DNA of 63,715 nt, counting the filler, from Polymyxa betae A26-41 (taxonomy: Eukaryota > Protista > Endomyxa: Phytomyxea): assembly GCA_003693705.1 (NCBI GenBank). It is 4 parts of 4 records of this genome, joined end to end, with 100 filler letters (N's around TTAATTAATTAA, not from the genome) between each part and the next. Parts side by side here need not be neighbours in the genome. Positions count along the whole stretch, not along the records: positions 1 to 31,873 come from RBZT01000195.1; 3 more parts are not named here. One strand, written 5' to 3'. Below, piece by piece: positions 11,878-25,334 of this stretch; positions within the stretch are counted from its first letter, which is position 1, and each line of letters begins with the position of its first letter. Under the pieces are notes generated by a model that searched no databases, had not been told where the DNA came from, and saw only the letters and a program-made list of their open reading frames with translations. A program made the translations under genes and the position numbers.

Positions 11878-14800
11878 TTATATATTATCGCGATCACTGG
11901 TATTGGGGGAACTAGTCACTTGGACAGACGCCTGCCGAATGATAATGTTATCAGGGCCAACAACTGATAGACAGCGCGGATCGGATCGAATCTTGGCGAT
12001 GGCTGCAGGTGGTGATTCGGGTGCCTCTTGTGACCCAGTCGGAATCATCCGAATAAATGATTTAAACACATCACGACCATGCAGCAAATTCTTGATGCGG
12101 ATCCGTTCGTCTTCCAAATGAGACTGACATGGCACGTTTAACGACACACCATACAGCATCAGCAGCGAACCTGATCCGAGGCTTGCCCGAACGCCAGATG
12201 AACGGCAGGAGCCTTTAACGTATCTTCCAAAAACCGGATCGTTGGCATCGTTCCTGATACCAGTCAAGAAGAAGCTGTATAGTTACGATAAACGAACCTC
12301 CTTCGCGAATCATGGCAGGTTGCTGATGCCAGACCTGCTCGATCGCTTGTGCAGCGGCTAAAAACCTTAATACGGTTCAATTCAGTTTTTTCCTCAAATT
12401 TCGTTCCGGTATGTAAAAAGAAAAATAAAATGATAGCATGATTAAGCAATCTTGATGCGACTTTAAAATTCGATTGACATAGAGTAGATCAAAACCCCAT
12501 AACAAAATCAGAATTGGAAACAGTTAGGATGGAAAGCTGAAGGACAGACAGAATAAACTATAGCTGACAATTGTGATTTTGGATCGCCGAGCCACCAGTT
12601 GCCTTGATGTCGAACCGTCACCGAAATCGTATTACTGGAATTCAGACGGCTAAATTCTCGCCGCACATGGGCGTCAAACAATTCAGTGATCTATTCATCA
12701 TAACTGTCAGGCTACAAAACGCATTCCATTGATAGCACAACGAACACGATCGATGCTCTGGTTCGGGACGAGCCGCATCGAAACTTCTGCGCGAACCGAT
12801 GCGCTGATAATGGAGCCGTGAGCCCGAGCTCGATCACCGCCTTCGATCGAATGAATGCTCAGACAAGGCTCTCTCCATCGGCTTTGTAAATGGCCGGCTA
12901 CATCTATAGATCATTCAGGATTAGATCACCATACAAAGAACACATAAAGAAATAAGAAAAAATGCTGAAGGAAACAAAAGAAAAGTAATACGTGTAAGCA
13001 TGAAGCTAACAACAGAGATAGAAAAGACTGGGTTAGCACCGATTTGAGAATGTTGTGTTTACCATTACGTCGCAGGCAATCAATGCCAATTTCACGCTTA
13101 TATCCGTCTAAATCAAAATCGAGATCCTGATAGAGCTGCTCTTCATCCTGGGTCATGGGCGCCACTTCGTCATAGAAACCATCGATCAAAACGTGACCGC
13201 TGGCATCCACCAAACTCGCAAGGACGTGCGTCATATCAACCATGGCCTCATGAAAAGCGCCCCCATGCACACCTAAAACATGCAACAGCAGTAAAGCCAA
13301 AGACAAATCAACCAACGGAGTCCGTTACGGACCTGAATGAAGATCAAGACTGGGACCCGAAATCTCGATTTCCATCCGAAGGACACCGCGGGTCCCGTAA
13401 CTGTACACAGTGGCCATCAGATATCACGGGCCAGTATGACCCCTGTCACGTTCCACTTACTTCAAGCAGGGTCGATCCTGTCCAGACCAGGTCGTATTGG
13501 CCAATAAAATGACGGTCGGTTGCGATAGCCAATCTTGACAGGAAACGTTCACGGAAAACGAACCGAGCAGAACGTCACGGATTTACCCAAAGCGGCCAGT
13601 ACGGCAGTTGGAAGGCCACTAGCAAACGGGTCGGTCTCAGCTTCGCCGTCGAGGATCAGGGCGACATCAATGGGCAGGCCCCCGTCTTCGATCATGAGTT
13701 CCTGAGCAGTTGCGTCTCAGAGAGGACATCGGCCGGTACGACCGCGATTTGTAACCACCCTGAGCGCAGCGATGAAGGCAGCAAGTGGGCCTTTGTTATC
13801 AGATGCACCGCGTCCGTATAAGTACCCGTTTCGGCCGGACAGCTCGAATGGAGGTGAGGACCAACGGTCGGCTATGGCTACAAGCACTGCAGTTAACAGC
13901 TGATTTCGAAAGACCAAATTGAAAGCCGACAAAAATCATGTTACAAGTTTCGGTAACCTCTGGAAACACAAAAGACAAATATGAAAACGTTTGAAAATGC
14001 TGAACCTGCGACAACGTCATAATGGGCATAGAAGACGAGCTTGCTGCCAGCAGTGTTTGGCAGAAACGATGTGAACTGAGCGATCAGAATCGGATTGGCT
14101 TCATGATGGACCTGAGTGATAGTCTCAACTTTGACGCATCGAGCAGACTCAACAAAGCGTACCTGACGCAGGCGTGTCTCGGCACCCATCCCCATCAGTG
14201 TTTGTTCGATTAGTCTGGCGCAATTCCACGCATCAGCACGTTTCCCTAAACTCATTCAGAACCAAGAACCAGCAACCAATTTGCAAACAATAAACGCGAA
14301 CGGGCAGTTGATACGGGCCAAAATTAAAATGCGAAGAGATACTCGGGTCTGAGCTAACGGTCGGCAGCGCAACAAGACGCTGCAAGAAATGCACGAGGTC
14401 GTCGTCATTAGAATTGCGCAGCGCACGGTGCACGATCCGATCAACCACGGCAACGATCTACGGAAAAGTATTCAGAGCTTCGCAACGCGGCCGAACGGAC
14501 TCGAGAACTTTACGGCGTGTCCCGAGTGAAACTCCGATTTCCTCCAAATCGCGATCGTTCAACAGTAACAGCGCCTCATAATCAATCTATATCACTTTCA
14601 GTACATGATCACAAACAACGTTCAAAGTGGGTCTGCACGACCTCATGCTCCGCGAACGTCTCCAGGTATTTTTCCGCCCCGGACGCAATCAGAATGTCGC
14701 GGAACGAAAGCGATTCAGGAACTTGAACATTCTGGAACGAGAACACTTGCCTGCGTGGAGGCCATTAGAGGCGGATCAGTACGGCAGAGCATGAGATGCG

Positions 14801-16359
14801 GGAACCTGGAGCGTTGTGGGCGGATGACCGGATATGTGAGATCGGCCGAGTTGATTTCGAATCTCCAAACAATGATGGTATTATCGGTGCCGCATGTGAA
14901 CAGGAACTGCCGATCTGCACACATATACAGAGTTGTATAGTCCGATTCGATTCTAAGAGCGACCATGATCAGTTGGATTATAACGACTTGGAAACAGCAG
15001 CCAAAGCGAGCCCGGAATATAACGAAAACCAACACAAAATACAAAATATTGAAACAAAGCGCTAAGTTGAACCGAGGAGACTGACATGCCTCTGGGAATG
15101 GGACGGAATGTCTGCAAATCCAGGGCCTGTATGACGTTGTTGGTGGTGGCGACAAACAGGCCCCAGTTGGTGACACAGAGACAGAGGACTGCAGCATCCA
15201 CTTCCACCGATCGGACTAAATGGCAGGAATCCAGGCCCCAGACCTTGATGGTTCCATCTCGACTACCTAAGTTAGGGTTTTAGGGTTTTAGGGTTTCACA
15301 AGCCGATCAACAACGGATTTGCTCAACCTGAAATTAGATAAGTGTCAGAGACGACCGCCAACGCCGTCACGCTGTCCGTATGGACTTGCATTGCTTTCTC
15401 AAACGACATTGTAGCCAGGTCCCAGACACCAATGTTGAAATCACCGGACGCACTGAACAGATGTGTCCGGGTCATGGCCAAAGCGTACTGGACCATCACT
15501 CAGCAGTACAGCAGATACATTGGACAGGAAGTGCTCACCACGAACCCCAGATGACGGCCGTGAAACTTGGCGGAGTCCGACAGATGAACGTGTACGGGGC
15601 CACCGTCGGCCGGCTTCGATGCGGACGCCATCGGGGCCAGTACGGCGCCCAGGTCCAGGACGGCGATCCGCGTATCGATACAGCCGGCATAGAGTTTGGT
15701 CTGGTCCAGCACCAGATCCAGGGCGCAACAGGACATGCGGTCCAGCACGGCCAGCGCCGTCATGTTGATTGCGTCCCATATCCGGATCGTATTGTCCCGC
15801 GCTATAAATCGCAGTGATTGGTGTTAGAAGATGAGACAACGACGAAATAAGGAACACCAGAAGCAACACAATGAAGGGGGAAACAGTCGATTAGGCGTAC
15901 AGGATGTTATGAGAGCATGAAAGGAGGAAATCGGGTTTGGTGAAAGAACCATAGACGTGATAGGACGGCGGTGTCCCACCAGCTCGCACTCATACGAAAA
16001 GGTGTTGAGCTCCTGGAGGGTTTAGGGTTTAGGGTTTCGGATTATATGTCTCAGCGGTCGCTTTTTCTCACCCAGACTATGATAAGACCATCCTGGTCTC
16101 CGCTGAAGAGATGATTGGTGCGTCGCGACACGACAACCGCCAATCTGAATGACGAATTGATGATCAAAACGGTTGCTGACTCAACAATCTACACTGAATC
16201 CTGATGTCGGGCGAGAACGTGCTCGCGTCGAAGAACGGAAGCACGGGAACGCCGAACCGGCGGATCGTTGTTGCCTGCACGTCCGCCCGGCGACGGCGAC
16301 CGCGGCGTCGGCGTATCAAACCAGTCTTGTGTGATGACAGCGATCGGTGACAAGGCCAT
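11878..16359 (-). CDS. DUG2: DUG2-like WD40 + M20A peptidase-family protein, many short introns
   Basis: WD40 exons [51 protein letters not shown]20 exons [62 protein letters not shown]. Probable ATG at 16359, stop at 11878. Exon chain read by hand. Confidence 0.85.
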
Positions 16360-16409
16360 GACGTCGTCTCGATAACATATGAAGTACTGCTACCTAGAAT
16401 ATATCTGCA

Positions 16410-16625
16410 TGATGTCGCGCAATTTCCTTCTCATTTTACATATTTCGCAATTCCCTTCTGATTTACATGGTACTACCGTAGTTGCGTAGTAGGTAGTTAC
16501 GCAATTCGCTTTTCTTTTAAGTGTCACGCAATTATTTTCCTTGTCATCTTTAAGTGACGCAATTCCGTCGTTACTTGTCACGCAAATGTTTTGATCATGC
16601 CACGCAATTTCCTTCTCATTTAATA
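16410..16625. repeat. Degenerate array of (CA)CGCAATT-core repeats in a divergent intergenic region
   Basis: About 7 CGCAAWT cores spaced 25-50 nt apart, several followed by TCCTTCTCATTT. Confidence 0.6.
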
Positions 16626-17123
16626 AAACGTGTCACTGACACATGTCACGTTCGTTTCTTCTCATTTACATACTGCACAAGACGAGTGAACGGCGGGACC
16701 GCGGGAGGGATTTGGAAATGTTCAACATTTACGTGCATCGGGGAGAACATTGCGTTCAGACAATCAGACAATTACATTTTGTATAATAGATTTTGAACTT
16801 CTTTGTCATATTTGCGCTGAGGAGCTGATGATACTCAGCATACAGAAGCGCCAAAACCCAAACTTCTCATCGACATTTATGTCTTGGGGAAATCATTTTC
16901 AGATTCTTCGATTTTTCAGCTAACATTTTAAAGGGCGAGATTTTTTGTCTTGGGAAAAATCCTTTTGTAAATTATTGGATATTTCAGCTAAAAATTCAAA
17001 ATAAAATTTGTTGAAAAAATTGTCCTCGCGTGCCTGTATCTATTTGTTCAGACGAATGCCAAGAAGCACCATGTCGGTGCGACGACTGAAATCGATCCAG
17101 ACTCCATCAAGATCGCTAAGCCA

Positions 17124-18415
17124 ATGCGCTCGTCGACCGGATATGCCCGGGCGCCATCATGTCCGTCGTACACACCCAATGATTGCTGGTTGCGTCATCC
17201 ACTGAGACGTTCCCGTGTCCAGGCTCAGCTGAACGTCTGCTGGAATTGCGACGCTACCTTGAGAGCGGCCGACGGGTTTCGGCAACAGCTGCGGGTCTGT
17301 ACGACTGCACCGCCCACCCAGCATAGGTTGAGTTGTGAACAGGGCTACGACGATAGGCCGCATGCGCAGAGCTTGCTGAAGCCGATCGCATCGATCGGTC
17401 TGCCCAGCGCCATCCGTGGTACGGTACGACCTGGTTTGCGACGCATTTCCAACTCGTGTCGTGCAGATCGAAAGCGCGGAGTCGACGTAGCCGTCGCTGA
17501 TCTGGTCCAGACCGTGAATGGAGCTCGGGACATTCCGAGATTCCGCGCCTTAGATGCACGATTGCGTATCACAGAGCAGCTGCAGGTTTTTAACGATCTT
17601 TCCGAGCAGCTTTTTTATCTTTTGGAAGCAATCTGCTAGCAGCTGCAGGTTTTTAACGATCTTTCCGAGCAGCTTTTTTATCTTTTGGAAGCAATCTGCT
17701 GTTTGCGGAATTTCTCGATTTAACTATTTTCGTTCAGATTGCAGTGATGCCATTCACGTTTTCTAATGGAGCTCATTTAGGCACTAACGAGGCTGTATTC
17801 GGAATTGGTTGACGCCATCGAGCACGGCTGGGAGCAAGTTGCTAACCAATCTGAAGATTATGAACGCGCCCGCGTCGATCTGGCGCGCTTGTCGTTTGCA
17901 GTGAACGCTACCAATCTCGACGAATTGGTGAATGGCCTCAAGATCGATAATGATGTTCGCGAGCTCACCAAAATGATTCGCAGTTTCGACCGAGAATTCA
18001 TTGACGATCAGCCAACGTTAGAATTTCAGCGTTTGATTTACACTTACAGGCATTTGATCCATCTGTTTTCCAACATTGCCTCGGTTGCTTGAACGATTTT
18101 GCGTTTTTTCTTTTAGCTAACAGCAATCAGGATTTCTTCTCTTCCGCCAGCGCAAGCCTCATTTGCCCAGAAACTGAATCTTCAGTCCAAGTTTCTGATA
18201 TTAATGAAACGGTTCGAACCCATCATCGAATCAGCTGTGACTCCGACTAACCTAATGTCCACAGACGTCTGGCTGGTTATCAGGATGCGATGCCATCCCT
18301 GACGTCGTTGATTGATCGTTATGGATCGGTTGATAATGTAGCTGCCACCATTGAGTCGTTAGCTGCCGAGAACTCGAGATTACGTCTGAAAGTCACGGGA
18401 CCAGACCACCCATAG
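17124..18415 (+). pseudogene. Multi-exon hypothetical protein interrupted by a 63-bp tandem duplication
   Basis: Coding-like ORFs 17124-17639 and 17805-18092 and a last exon ending TAG 18415. The exact duplication 17575-17637/17638-17700 creates an in-frame TAG before a GT donor. Confidence 0.45.
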
Positions 18416-19294
18416 CTCCCATTCATATTCAATGCTGACGCTGTGATCAAGAGGGCTTTCTTGTAGGCGGCTCTCATGACCACCGTAATGCTTCCCATAT
18501 TGTCATCATCTATAACTTTTGTCTGTCATATATCGCGCGATCAATGAACGATACTATTGCATTGTGTTGGAGATTTGTGGAGTGTTATCTGGACTTTGAT
18601 CTATTCTACACATCAGCAATGAGGACAGCGTTTTTTTGATAAGAACGGCACAGGCGGATCCTGAACTGGCCAAATACCCAACACTATCCGTGATTTCGCT
18701 CCAGCTTTGCATCACTTCTTTGTCGCCGCATCAGGATGCAGTATGTCTCGAGAAAAGGTTACATTTGAGCTGCTTACAAATCAACTATGCGAAAGCAAGA
18801 CTGTACCCGAAAACGGGGACGACAACCTCCAAATGATTCTCGGCAATAAAAATGTTGCTGATTGTGATACTGATAGATTCGGAAGATGAATCTTGGAATG
18901 ATTGCCAACTCGTGCACACGAGACAATGGAAATAATTATGTGATGGTCATTAAGAGGTAACGAAGTGGGAAGCGACTCATCATTTACCCATCATCATCCG
19001 GTTCTTGGCGGTCAACTGACGGTCGTCTATATTAATATATTTCAAAGAGCAGTTAGTGATCGTTTTGATGAACAAGGACACTATTTTAAGAAAGGTGGAT
19101 TTCCTTGCTGTTTCAGCACTTTTACATTTCAGATCTCAAGCAACTTTCCCTATTGTAAGAAAGAGTGGTAATGTCGTAATGGTGCTGTATGACTGTATCC
19201 ATATTTGTTAGTGTTGTTTGTAGTGGGCGATATTCGGAAATCTCCAGAAATTAAAACAATTTTTAATACTGTTCTGCAAACCGTTTGCGATCCA

Positions 19295-21160
19295 TCACGG
19301 TTTACAAAATGCTCTCAAAGTGCTCATCGTTGGAACCATGAGAACTTCTGCACATGTTGGACACCGGCAAGCTGAATGACGTTTAACCTTCTCAATACAA
19401 GCTCGGCAAACTCGATATCCACATGATCCACAAAACACGATCTCTTTTGGCAGCTCATCGTCAACCGTTTGTTCGCATTCCTCTAGCGCAGAAGGAAGAA
19501 TCGCTGCTTTTCTCTCAATAGATTCATCGGTACTCTCTGGTTCTTCTAAGGCATTTAAATCTTGTTCTGTCTCTTGCCAAGAAAGAGCTTGGCTATGTTT
19601 TCCCTTTCCTTTTCTTTCAGGCTTGAATTCTAACAACTCTAATGGAGAAAGACCTTCACCAGATCTGAAAGGACTGATACAGATATCGCAGTAGGTCTGC
19701 CAGCAACTCGGCAATCTACGTTTGATTTCTGCTGATCTCTCTATCATGGCCATTTCTGCCAGGTATTTAGATGCTTGTTGGCCGCGGCTCATAAATGCAT
19801 GTTCGATCGCTTTCTCGTCTTGGGTTTTCTGCCGCTTTTTCAGAATTGACATAATCTTCATCAGAATGCTATGATTGATATGAAGGTCCTTCGTTTTTGT
19901 CAGAAATCTGTGATACTGCTCTCGCCATCCTCGAATTTGGCTGGGCGTCAGCAATCCACTTTTTTCAACAAATCCCTGAATATTATATAAGTCCAAATTC
20001 AAAACCGGTTCGATTTTCTCCAAAAGCTGTAGGAACTGTTCGCAGTCTTCATCAGAATAATCAGAAAGTCGCATCGTCGCCTGCGGCGATGAATTCAAGA
20101 GCGTCTGCGGCAGGATATCCAGTAGATCGTTGCTAAGACCAAGAGCTTCGAGTAATGCACGTCGGGTAGGATCTTGCCCAAGAAAAGGAAGGAGGCCCAA
20201 TGCGGCTAAATCCAATGTGCTCAGGAAAAGATTGACGTGTCCTGAAGAGTCATCACGATTTATCTGATAGTCGGTCAGTGATCGAGAATCTTCTGATTCG
20301 CTGTCAATCGATGGACTATATACAGATAGAATCTCAGTAGTATGTGAAGATTCTGGTTGCCCATTCCTTGTTATATGCACAGATCCTTGCAGAGCATTTC
20401 CAGTATTATGGACAGATTCTTGTTGTTCAATGCTATGGATTTGCTGACCTTCAGAAGATATAGAAAACGGTTCTTCAAAAGAGGCGAATGGGACTGAGCT
20501 TGCATCGAGCACAGGACGGGAATCAGGAGTTCTAAAGCAGGAGAACAGCCAATAGAAGAAATGCCGAAATCGCGATTCCCGCTTTCTTCGCAGTAAAATT
20601 CCCTGACGAAGACGTTGGAGAAGCACGAATTTCTCACTGTCTTCAATATGCGGCACAGAAACTGTACGATTTTCCGATTTCGTTCTGAAAACATCAATCT
20701 TGGCGCACAGCTGGCTGAATTCAATAAACATGGATTCAGTGCTATGCAGCCTGGCGATCTGAACACCGAGTTGCAAAGCGCGATCAAGGAGTTTTTCCTG
20801 CATATCTTCAAAATGGGCCATGATGGCACATAACAGGTCAAATGTCGTAGGGTTGAGGTCGGGCCTTAAGTGCAAATTGATGTATAGATCAAATAATTCT
20901 CTGTATTGCTGGTTGTTGATATCCGATCCGAGCAGGAAAAGTTGCATAGCTCGAAAAGCCCCATTTTCAAATAAATCGAGATCAGACTATGCCAAAATTC
21001 AGACCCTTTTTTAAAAATAAAACAAATCCTTGAAATTGCAAACAAAACAATGCGAAGTGGAATGCCCTACTGGAAGTACAGCATTGACGGCTGCAGTAGA
21101 TGGATTCGTGATTAACGCCAGCTGACAAACAAGTATGGTTATAGACACTAGTGATGACAT
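19295..21160 (-). CDS. Secreted protein with C-terminal C4C4-type RING finger (candidate E3-ligase effector)
   Basis: Exon 1 (21160-21071) encodes signal peptide MSSLVSITILVCQLALITNPSTAA. A GT-AG intron (21070-20987) joins it in frame to the 550-aa ORF. C-terminal CDIC-x82-CGSCGYRVCRAC-x-CPTC. Confidence 0.75.
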
Positions 21161-22142
21161 AATCACGTCAATGTATGTACAATTGTAATTGACTATTACG
21201 ACTTATGAGGGATCCTAAGAGGCCAGTCTCGATTTGATACTGTCTTGGACTTGGCGCGCAGAAAATGTCTCTGCAACTTGTTGATTGTCATTCACTGGTC
21301 GTTGCTCTGAATAGATCCCATAGGTAATATTTATGTCATCACTCTACCAGCTATTCAGAACAAATTCCATATTAATATCGAGTCAAGCCTGGATTTGATA
21401 AGTTGCCAGGAAATGACTGGCAGCGCTCCAGAATTAGCATCATGTTGCGTTGAAATGAGAAAACAACCTATGTTCGAAAGCGCTCAGAACTGTCGCTTGT
21501 GAAAATTGTTGACCTATGATGAAAATACCTACAGGAAAAGTTGCTAGCGTTTGCTCCGTTTCATTTCTCCATGCCAATACTCTTAACAACATAAAACAAG
21601 CATCAGTTTGGGCATCATTCTTTGAAACGAACCCAGATTGCCGAAGCCTAGGGCATGGCTCTCCTAACACAGATCCATTTAATATCTACAGTCGGCCTGA
21701 TCATCCTCATGGTTTGTTGATACAGCGAACATTGGAGGGATGCGACAATAAGGTCAAATGCATTGATGATACGGTGGCAGGGCCAACCAGGGGTTGACTG
21801 TTCATGACCTTAGGCTATCATCTTGACTGTAGCAAATGTCAGCTTTCGACATGAAGCATTCACAATAGAGCACATGAAAAGAGCCGCCGTTGTAGTGAGG
21901 GAGACAGATGCAGACACAAGACGGAATGTCGAATGCCGAGAGCTTGGCTCCAATTTCAGCCCAGTTTGAATGGCAGGCCAATGGCAAAATCCGGTATACG
22001 TACTAACCCTTCAAATGTAAATGGAATAGTTGCAAGCAAGCCGTTTAAAGTTTTATACTGTATTAAAACAGGATTACCCTCAACGATGAGACAAATTGAT
22101 AGATTCTCTACATATTGATTTATAAGCGTCAGAAAAATCGGA

Positions 22143-23870
22143 TTACTGAATATTAAGCGACGTCAGAATACTCTTGATTTTGTCTGGAGTCCGTGCCGGG
22201 TCGAATCCTGCTGGTAAGCGTGCAGTGAAAGGTGGCAGTCTGACCTTCAGTGGAAGAGCCTGATTTCCTCGTACAGCTCGAATTAAACCATGATCCTGAA
22301 CAAAAAATATTAGAAAGCCGAGGCATTGATGTTATTCGAATGGAGAACTGATACCTGTTGTTTAGCCAAACCATTAAGAAGGGCATGGCAGACGTTGTAA
22401 GGGTTCGAACTGCCTATCACTTTGCAAGTCGCATCGCGAATTCCGAGAAGTTCCATAAAACATCGAATTAGCTTACTGCAGCGTAAGCCTAGGAACGTCT
22501 GAATGTATCAGAAGGAATCCTCCAGAGAGATACCTCGACCGGATGGAACAGCTTGAATCAGCACCTTCGTAGCGCCTTTGGTACCTACGGAGAATTAAGA
22601 GAGAGAGATGCAAACTGAAAAGTGGCAAAAAAATCTCCAAATAAGCAACGGATTGATAATCGCCTTCCAAGACACATGTTGACGCTTTCTTAGCTCAACA
22701 TAAAGTGCAAATCAGCAATGAACGAAAACAATGCAAATCGGCAGAGGGCAAAAGCTATACCCAGAATTGTTGCTTACCAACTGTATCTTGATAAAGTGAT
22801 TCTTCAAAAAGTCGTGGTACAAACATCAATCGTTTTGATGCTTTTCTCATAGCTTTGCGTTGGGCTTCCACACTGGTCGAACCACGGCCAACAGCGAAGC
22901 CTGCCAGACCGTTGCGATTTCCAGCAGCAACCAGAGCCGAGATAGACATCACACGGCCGCTTTTTGTGACCTGTTATTTAGAGCAATCAGAAATCAACGA
23001 GCCGCTGGAAAACATATTCACCTTTGTTCGACGATCTATAGATAAAATCGCATAGGAAAGGTTTGGATCCGTCTGCGTTTCTTCGTCGTCTTCGTCTAAT
23101 TTGTACAGACGAAACTGCTGGCGCTCTTCATCAAATATTTCCTCTCGGAAATCCGCTGGCTCCTCCAGGTCTTTTCCAGGCCCTGCGTTTGAAACACGTT
23201 ATCACCACAGGATCGAAAAATGTGACGCGTTGTGCATACAGAAATGGGTGTCAAGATCTGTGCTCGCCCAGACATCGCCACCTTCGTCGAAGTCGACCGC
23301 TGTTTACAAAGATGTGAGCTTAGATAGATTGATAAATCTCAAACATACGTGGAACTGGAGGGCGACGTCCACCTAGCAGATTTGGTAGTTTATCGACATG
23401 ATTTCGCATGATTTTTTGATACTCGTGTTCTTCGAGATCCTCCAGTGATAATAAATTCTCGATTCGAAACTTTCCCTCAGAACTACTTTAACAGTTGATC
23501 GAAAGTAATTGTTAGCAATTGTGTACTGACTCTGGCTGAACCCCTTCACGTTCGGCAGAAAGACGAATCAGTTCGTTATCAATTTCAGCGTCGGTTTTGC
23601 GAAGCCATTCAAAAGAGGGCGTCTCGGCAGGTTTCACAGCGAGATCTTTATCAGCCAAGTCATTAGGATTGATTTCGGTTGTTAGCAATTCCCGATCGAG
23701 CTCGTCCATTTCTTCGATTGGATCGTCGCAGTCATGGAGCTAAGAAACAACCATATTAAGTCTCTAGCACGACCAAGAACAGGGCCGACCTGTCCCGGTT
23801 TTGGTCCTGATAATGCCCTGGCTAAGTTAGGGCGAAGCCATGGAGTGATACGGCGTGATAATGACAGCAT
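22143..23870 (-). CDS. MRPS5: Mitochondrial small-subunit ribosomal protein uS5m, multi-exon
   Basis: Transit-like MLSLSRRITPWLRPNLARALS; S5 motifs VTKSGRVMSISALVAAGNRNGLAGFAVGRG and GIRDATCKVIGSSNPYNV; stop TAA at 22143. Confidence 0.85.
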
Positions 23871-24333
23871 GGTTACGACTGCCAAAATGAGATAACTTCT
23901 TGCACATGTATGCTCAAAGAGGGTTCCGCAATCCAGTCGCGCAAAATTTTGAAATTTGTTTACAATTTTAATGATGGCTGAGCCCAGGCGCAGACTCGCG
24001 CTTCTTTGAACTCCAACCTCCAAACGCAGCTGGATTATCTTATAGGCAAACAAATGATCTCGCTCGCATATTGCAATATGTAGAGGTGAGAGTTTGGCGA
24101 ATTAAGCGGCTATCAGGCAATTTACTGGTTATTGTCAATAAGGGAAGGTCAAAACTTGATGATGCATGCGTGTACAAATTGTTAAACGAGTTTGATTGAA
24201 AGCACCTAAATCAAATTCGCAACCTAGATCGCGAAAAGATCGAGTTCGCCCCTTAAATCGATCAAAGACGTTGAAAAGAGGCCCCGCTTTTCCGTGGTAG
24301 CGCAGCTACAATCTCGACCCCATTTTATACTTT

Positions 24334-25334
24334 ATGGCATCATCAGCTGATCGAGAGCACTCTCATATGGCAGAGAGTGCTGCATCCATCGCTGCCGCCT
24401 CAATTGGCGCTGTCCAAATGGGCGAAGACGGACGCCCAATTGAACTGACGACGCTCAAGCAAAGCATCTCTGACCAGGCCCAGAATGTCATCGAGAAGAT
24501 CATGCCGATGAAGGTTATCAAATTGACTGAACTGTACAAAGTCAGGATATGGACCCTTCCGGTTACGATGTTTTTGATTGAAAACTTTTTAGAATTCCCA
24601 ATTATCTTCACATGACGTTCTGGAGAAAACCAGTGGCGGTGCCCTGCCTAATAAGGTAGACAAAGAACATTGCATCGCCTCAGATTAGTTTATGAAAATC
24701 AACTAGGGAGTAACTGAATTGCTTGAAATGCTTAAAGTTGAAATCTTGGAGCTTATTCAGCATCTTGATATTCTGAAATTATGGTACTCTTTCTCTAGTG
24801 CTCTTTCTATCATTTACCGTTTGTGTAGGGTTCAATTAAACATTCCTAGTATTCAAGACGGCAATAATTTCGGCGTCTCCATTCAAGAAGAAATAGCAAG
24901 TATGCTAGAATCTGGAAAAAACAGCGGCCTCAGCTTTCTGGATACGGTAAGACGAAATCCGGGCGTTGCAACATTGCTCAACGTTGCTTTAGTTTACTAA
25001 ATACTATGCCACCCGTGGAAAGATGGTTACTAAGGTATTAAACCATAAAAAGCAAGTACTTTCGTTGTGCTGACTTCGCTCACTGCAGATGAACAAATAT
25101 CCAAATGTTGAAGATTATCAGCGGGGTATTGGCGAACTTGATGAGAAGAAACACCTTCTTCTTCGCCATTGCTGTCTAGATCTTCGCAACAACTATGCCG
25201 TTCTATTTGATATGGTTTGCGTTTATGTTCCCATGTTATTCCCTTTTTTTACGTGCTGCTTTCAGATTACAAAAAACAAAGACAGATTAGAAAGGCCTCG
25301 AGGGCATACGAACCATGTATCCACCATGTATTGA
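24334..25334 (+). CDS. PSME3: Proteasome activator PA28/REG (PSME3-like), multi-exon
   Basis: Activation loop VQLNIPSIQDGNNFGVSIQEE; KYPNVEDY and DLRNNYAVLFD motifs; C-terminus ERPRG...STMY. Confidence 0.9.
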
